From positions 1 through 18,282 of the forward strand of contig JAOZIF010000054.1 of assembly GCA_026014495.1 (NCBI GenBank): DNA of 18,282 bases. Direction: 5' to 3'. This document shows, piece after piece, positions 14,868-18,282 of this stretch (within the stretch, counting starts at the first letter, position 1; every line of letters begins with the position of its first letter). A program made the translations under genes and the position numbers. Below the pieces are notes generated by a model that saw only the letters and a program-made list of their open reading frames with translations, did not search any database and was not told where the DNA came from. This stretch comes from Candidatus Bathyarchaeum sp. (GTDB lineage: Archaea > Thermoproteota > Bathyarchaeia > Bathyarchaeales > Bathyarchaeaceae).

Positions 14868-15356
14868 TTAAACAGATTTTTCGGAAGGGTTCTGTTTGTA
14901 TTCGTAGATTTTAAATTTTCTTTGTGACAAAAAATTAGATGTTCCTTTTGTTGAAAAAGAAAGTTCTATCCTTTCTATGTTTGGAAATTTTTTGATTTGA
15001 GACACTTTATCATATAAGTCAGTAAGATCCTTGAATATTAAGATGGCATATCCTTCAAAATCTCCTATTGCACGGGTGGTTATGATTATGTTTTTGGTTT
15101 TTCTTAGATGTACAATTGCTTCATCCAAGCTGCTTCCATGTGAACTTTTCATCAACAGATATGCTATACCTTTATACCCAATTTTTTCAAGATCCAATGA
15201 GATTGAGCACAACTGAATTGTGCCATCATCTTTTAGTTTATTATACCTTTTTATTACTGATTGGGTTGAAATCCCAATTTTTTTGGCAATTTTTGTGAAC
15301 GGTTTTCGGGCATCCTCCATCAGTTCTTTTACTATTTTCCAGTCGGTTCTATCCAT
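14868..15356 (-). CDS. Lrp/AsnC-family transcriptional regulator (homologous to unit 2 of 9302-10366)
   Basis: MDRTDWKIVKELMEDARKPFTKIAKKIGISTQSVIKRYNKLKDDGTI plus a RAM domain (IGDFEGY). Overlaps the upstream Lrp by 8 nt. Confidence 0.92.
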   Translation of the reverse strand: MDRTDWKIVKELMEDARKPFTKIAKKIGISTQSVIKRYNKLKDDGTIQLCSISLDLEKIGYKGIAYLLMKSSHGSSLDEAIVHLRKTKNIIITTRAIGDFEGYAILIFKDLTDLYDKVSQIKKFPNIERIELSFSTKGTSNFLSQRKFKIYEYKQNPSEKSV

Positions 15357-15837
15357 TTTTCGTTGTCTCCGTTGGCTGTATCACGATATTTTCTGGAAAA
15401 AAATCATATTCATCGAGGTTAGCAGTTATTCTAACTTCTTTAACTCCCTTCAGCTTTTTTACTATTGTTCTAATATCATCAATTTTCTCAAAAGTTCTTA
15501 CCCTAGCTGCTATGTGTATGTCATAATTGCCCAGTTGTTGGTTACAATATATGATGTTAGGTAATTTTGTTAGCGCATTGATGATGTTTATTTCTTCAGT
15601 AGGTTCAGCAGTAACATCGATAGAAAGAGAACACCTGTACCCCATGTCTTTTCTGTTTAACCTGATTGTTGCTCCAGTGATGACTCCTGTTCGCTTTAGT
15701 TTGTAGAATCGTTTGGCTATGGCAGGTGTTGAAACTCCACAATCTTTTGCAATAGCTCTAAAATTGGTTCTTGCATCTTTTAGAAGTGCGTTCAGAATTT
15801 TCACGTCAATTTCATCTATTTTAACCTGAGGTGCCAT
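15349..15837 (-). CDS. Lrp/AsnC-family transcriptional regulator (homologous to unit 1 of 9302-10366)
   Basis: KIDEIDVKILNALLKDARTNFRAIAKDCGVSTPAIAKRFYKLKRTGVITG plus a RAM domain (LGNYDI), ending FFPENIVIQPT. Confidence 0.92.
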   Translation of the reverse strand: MAPQVKIDEIDVKILNALLKDARTNFRAIAKDCGVSTPAIAKRFYKLKRTGVITGATIRLNRKDMGYRCSLSIDVTAEPTEEINIINALTKLPNIIYCNQQLGNYDIHIAARVRTFEKIDDIRTIVKKLKGVKEVRITANLDEYDFFPENIVIQPTETTKNG

Positions 15838-15858
15838 GCGCGTTTCCTTTCCAAATAT

Positions 15859-15886
15859 GTAAATTATTTGTCCACAAATAGTTTAC
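15859..15886. promoter_or_regulatory. 28-bp near-perfect palindrome 22-49 nt upstream of the Lrp pair
   Basis: gtaaa-t-tatttgt-cc-acaaata-g-tttac (12 of 13 arm positions pair). A minus-strand cgaaatg-TTTTTAC BRE/TATA-like motif lies at about 15896-15909. Confidence 0.55.
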
Positions 15887-15970
15887 TTGTTCATCGTAAA
15901 AACATTTCGGAATTAAATAAATCTAAATTAGACTTTTGGTTTAATATTTTCTAAAAAATAACTGTTTTAT

Positions 15971-15999
15971 GGAAAAATTTAAATTAACATCTTGTTAAT
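15971..15999 (+). promoter_or_regulatory. Putative BRE-TATA of propeller gene 2 overlapped by a 7-3-7 palindrome
   Basis: ggaaaaa-TTTAAATT followed by attaaca-tct-tgttaat (15983-15999). Confidence 0.45.
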
Positions 16000-16031
16000 A
16001 AACCACTGTTAAAAAATTGGAGAATAAAAAA

Positions 16032-18282
16032 ATGAAAAATTGCGTAAACCACAAAAATCTTTTCACAAAATTTGCTAAAAACAAAATAGTTGCAATTTGC
16101 GTAATACTAATTATCTCTAGTACTGCCTTATTTGTTGCTTTACCTATTGCTAGTGCACATGAACCTGCGTGGGAAGTTCCAACATACGCTTACCTTGCTA
16201 TTTCACCCAACCCTGTAGGCGTGGGACAAAGCGTATATCTTATTTTCTGGCTTCACGGACCTCCACCAACGGCATGGGGTGTTGGTGGTGACAGATGGCG
16301 TGACTTTACAATTACAGTCACCGCTCCTAACGGAGATGTTGAAACACTTGGTCCATTCGATTCTGATGCAACGGGATCTTCATACACTGTATATACACCT
16401 ACTCAAATCGGAGAATACGAGTTTGTATTCAACTATCCTGGACAAGTGCTGTCTTTGTATCACCCAGACAACGGCATTGCTGGTACGACAACACGTAGCT
16501 TACGAGATGGAGTAAGTGGCGACTACATTGGTGATACTTTCCTACCCAGTAGTGCAACAGATTACCTTACTGTTCAGCAAGACCCAATAGAAAAAATCTC
16601 AGACTACCCGCTTCCAACAGAGTACTGGACCCGACCAATAGAAGGACAAAATACGGCATGGGCAAATGTTGCGTCAAACTGGCTGGGTGGGGCTCAATTA
16701 GGTACAGGAATGTATCACTTTTGGCAAAAGGACGGTAGTGCACCTGGCAGTTCTCACATAATGTGGACAATGCCTGTTGAGTTAGGAGGCATTGTTGGAG
16801 GAACGACCGATATTTCTGGTGTAGGCTATTATTCCGGAGGTTCATACGAAGGTAGATTCCAAAATGCAATGATTATTAATGGCATGCTCTATTTCGAGTT
16901 ACCTTTGAATCATGCTGGCAGTGGTGGAGGATATGTCTGTATTGATCTACGCACTGGCGAAGAGATATGGAGTGCAGATGATATTTCTCCCTCAAAGGGG
17001 CAACTGTATGAGTATGAATCAATGAACCAACATGGGGTTGTCGGCGGTACAATTTGGGAAGTATCTGGAAGTACATGGATTGGCTATGACGCGTGGACAG
17101 GTGAATGGGTATACAACTTGACTAATGTTCCTTCAGGTTTTGAAGTTTACACCGATAATGGCGAGATAGTACGTTATGTGCTTGACGCTGAAAACAACTG
17201 GTTGGCCTTGTGGAACAATACTTGTGAACAACAAGGACTGCATGCAGCTACAGGAACTGGCAGTGAGGCATATCAATGGAGACCTATTGGAAAAACTGTT
17301 GACATGAGCAATGCATATTCATGGAACGTGACAATACCTGATTTGCCAGGAACTGCTGATCCAGCAATACTTGACATTATCCCGGGAGATGTTATACTTG
17401 GTACAAGCAGTACGTTTTATCGGTTTTATGGCACTTCTGATCCATATACGATTTGGGCGATAAGCGATAGAGATGATGGTACAAGAGGTCAACTCTTGTG
17501 GATTGAAGATTATTCAGCACCAGCAGACAACATCACACGACTTACTGCAAGAGGAATGTCAATTGATGAAGAGAATCGCGTATTCGTTCTGTATGATGTA
17601 GAAACTATGGCGTGGTCAGGTTACAGTCTCGATGATGGAAGCCAGTTGTGGGATTCAGTTAGTGGAGCTACAGAGGCTTTCTCCTACTATAACACGGGGT
17701 CTGGTCCTGTTCCACTCGCAGTTATGGCTTATGGCAACCTTTACACACAGGGATACGGTGGAGAACTTATTTGCTATTCAATGACAGATGGAACTGTACT
17801 ATGGAAGTATGATAACACTAACAGCGGTATTGAAACAGTCTGGGGCAATTACCCAACTTTCATTGCTGCTGTTGCTGACGGTAAAGTGTACGTTTTCAAT
17901 AATGAGCACTCTCCTAACTACCCGCTTTACAAAAATGAACAGGTACGATGTGTCGATGCTTATACTGGAGATGAACTGTGGACTATGATTGGCTGGGCTG
18001 GCCAAACTGGAGGAGGCGGTGCTTCAACATCTATTCTTGCAGAAGGTTTCCTAGTATACTACAACTATTACGACAACCAAGTATACTGTGTCGGTAAGGG
18101 CTCAAGCCAAACCACGGTTACTGCACCAAATACTGCCGTATCTTTAGGTTCTTCTGTAGTCATTAGCGGCTTTGTAACCGATACATCTGCTGGCACACTG
18201 CAAGATGAGCAGGCTGCACGGTTCCCCAATGGTGTTCCTGCAGTTGCTGATGAATGCATGAGCTCGTGGATGGAGTACGTGT
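16032..18282 (+). CDS. Second PQQ-like beta-propeller surface protein, paralog of 11053-13728; 3'-truncated by the window edge
   Basis: Manual translation from ATG 16032 (GGAG SD upstream) gives 750 codons with no stop, from MKNCVNHKNLF..ALPIASAHEPAWEVPTYAYLAISPNP to GVPAVADECMSSWMEYV, collinear with paralog 1. It is missing from the ORF track because it lacks a stop in the window. Confidence 0.92.
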   Translation, partial: MKNCVNHKNLFTKFAKNKIVAICVILIISSTALFVALPIASAHEPAWEVPTYAYLAISPNPVGVGQSVYLIFWLHGPPPTAWGVGGDRWRDFTITVTAPNGDVETLGPFDSDATGSSYTVYTPTQIGEYEFVFNYPGQVLSLYHPDNGIAGTTTRSLRDGVSGDYIGDTFLPSSATDYLTVQQDPIEKISDYPLPTEYWTRPIEGQNTAWANVASNWLGGAQLGTGMYHFWQKDGSAPGSSHIMWTMPVELGGIVGGTTDISGVGYYSGGSYEGRFQNAMIINGMLYFELPLNHAGSGGGYVCIDLRTGEEIWSADDISPSKGQLYEYESMNQHGVVGGTIWEVSGSTWIGYDAWTGEWVYNLTNVPSGFEVYTDNGEIVRYVLDAENNWLALWNNTCEQQGLHAATGTGSEAYQWRPIGKTVDMSNAYSWNVTIPDLPGTADPAILDIIPGDVILGTSSTFYRFYGTSDPYTIWAISDRDDGTRGQLLWIEDYSAPADNITRLTARGMSIDEENRVFVLYDVETMAWSGYSLDDGSQLWDSVSGATEAFSYYNTGSGPVPLAVMAYGNLYTQGYGGELICYSMTDGTVLWKYDNTNSGIETVWGNYPTFIAAVADGKVYVFNNEHSPNYPLYKNEQVRCVDAYTGDELWTMIGWAGQTGGGGASTSILAEGFLVYYNYYDNQVYCVGKGSSQTTVTAPNTAVSLGSSVVISGFVTDTSAGTLQDEQAARFPNGVPAVADECMSSWMEYV

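Noticed and set aside
9220-15564. Antisense or overlapping ORFs 9220-9540, 9868-10092, 10695-10931, 11463-11681, 11957-12220, 13077-13439, 13340-13537, 13470-13733, 14241-14462, 15031-15564
   Set aside because: Shadow ORFs of the Lrp, propeller and membrane-protein genes or of low-complexity intergenic DNA; 13470-13733 merely mirrors the ETPDT/TM coding region.
16032-18282. Pseudogene or fragmented region suggested by the many short ORFs in the track
   Set aside because: Manual translation gives one uninterrupted 750-codon frame running off the window; the short ORFs are shadows of it.
1-18282. CRISPR array, tRNA or rRNA genes
   Set aside because: No regularly spaced repeat-spacer units and no cloverleaf or rRNA-like segments seen; the only tandem repeat is the coding (ETPDT)4.

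Overview
Archaeal DNA, most likely class Bathyarchaeia; this is inferred from gene content and signals, not from a marker gene. Left part: a 5'-truncated wHTH-RDD membrane protein, a small exported beta-rich protein, trmO and a convergent flavodiiron protein (fprA), a PEF-CTERM-like surface protein, and a three-gene operon of a COG1470/NEW3-type Ig-repeat surface protein, ABC ATPase and ABC-2 permease. Right part: a duplicated-looking module of Lrp/AsnC regulators plus large membrane-anchored PQQ-like beta-propeller surface proteins. One double-Lrp is fused (9302-10366) and a collinear pair is split (14868-15837). The second propeller gene (16032 to the window end) is absent from the ORF track because it runs off the edge. 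Also present are an orphan ECF S-component-like gene and a 41-aa + 57-aa zinc-ribbon micro-operon. The most striking unexplained non-coding signal is a ~100-bp element present twice in inverted orientation (9034-9130 and 13808-13906; 90 of 100 columns identical by hand alignment). It contains a 50-nt hairpin and a GAGGAG-A6/7-ATG motif and brackets a 4.7-kb Lrp-Zn ribbon-propeller cassette. No tRNA, rRNA, CRISPR array, transposase or recombinase was seen.
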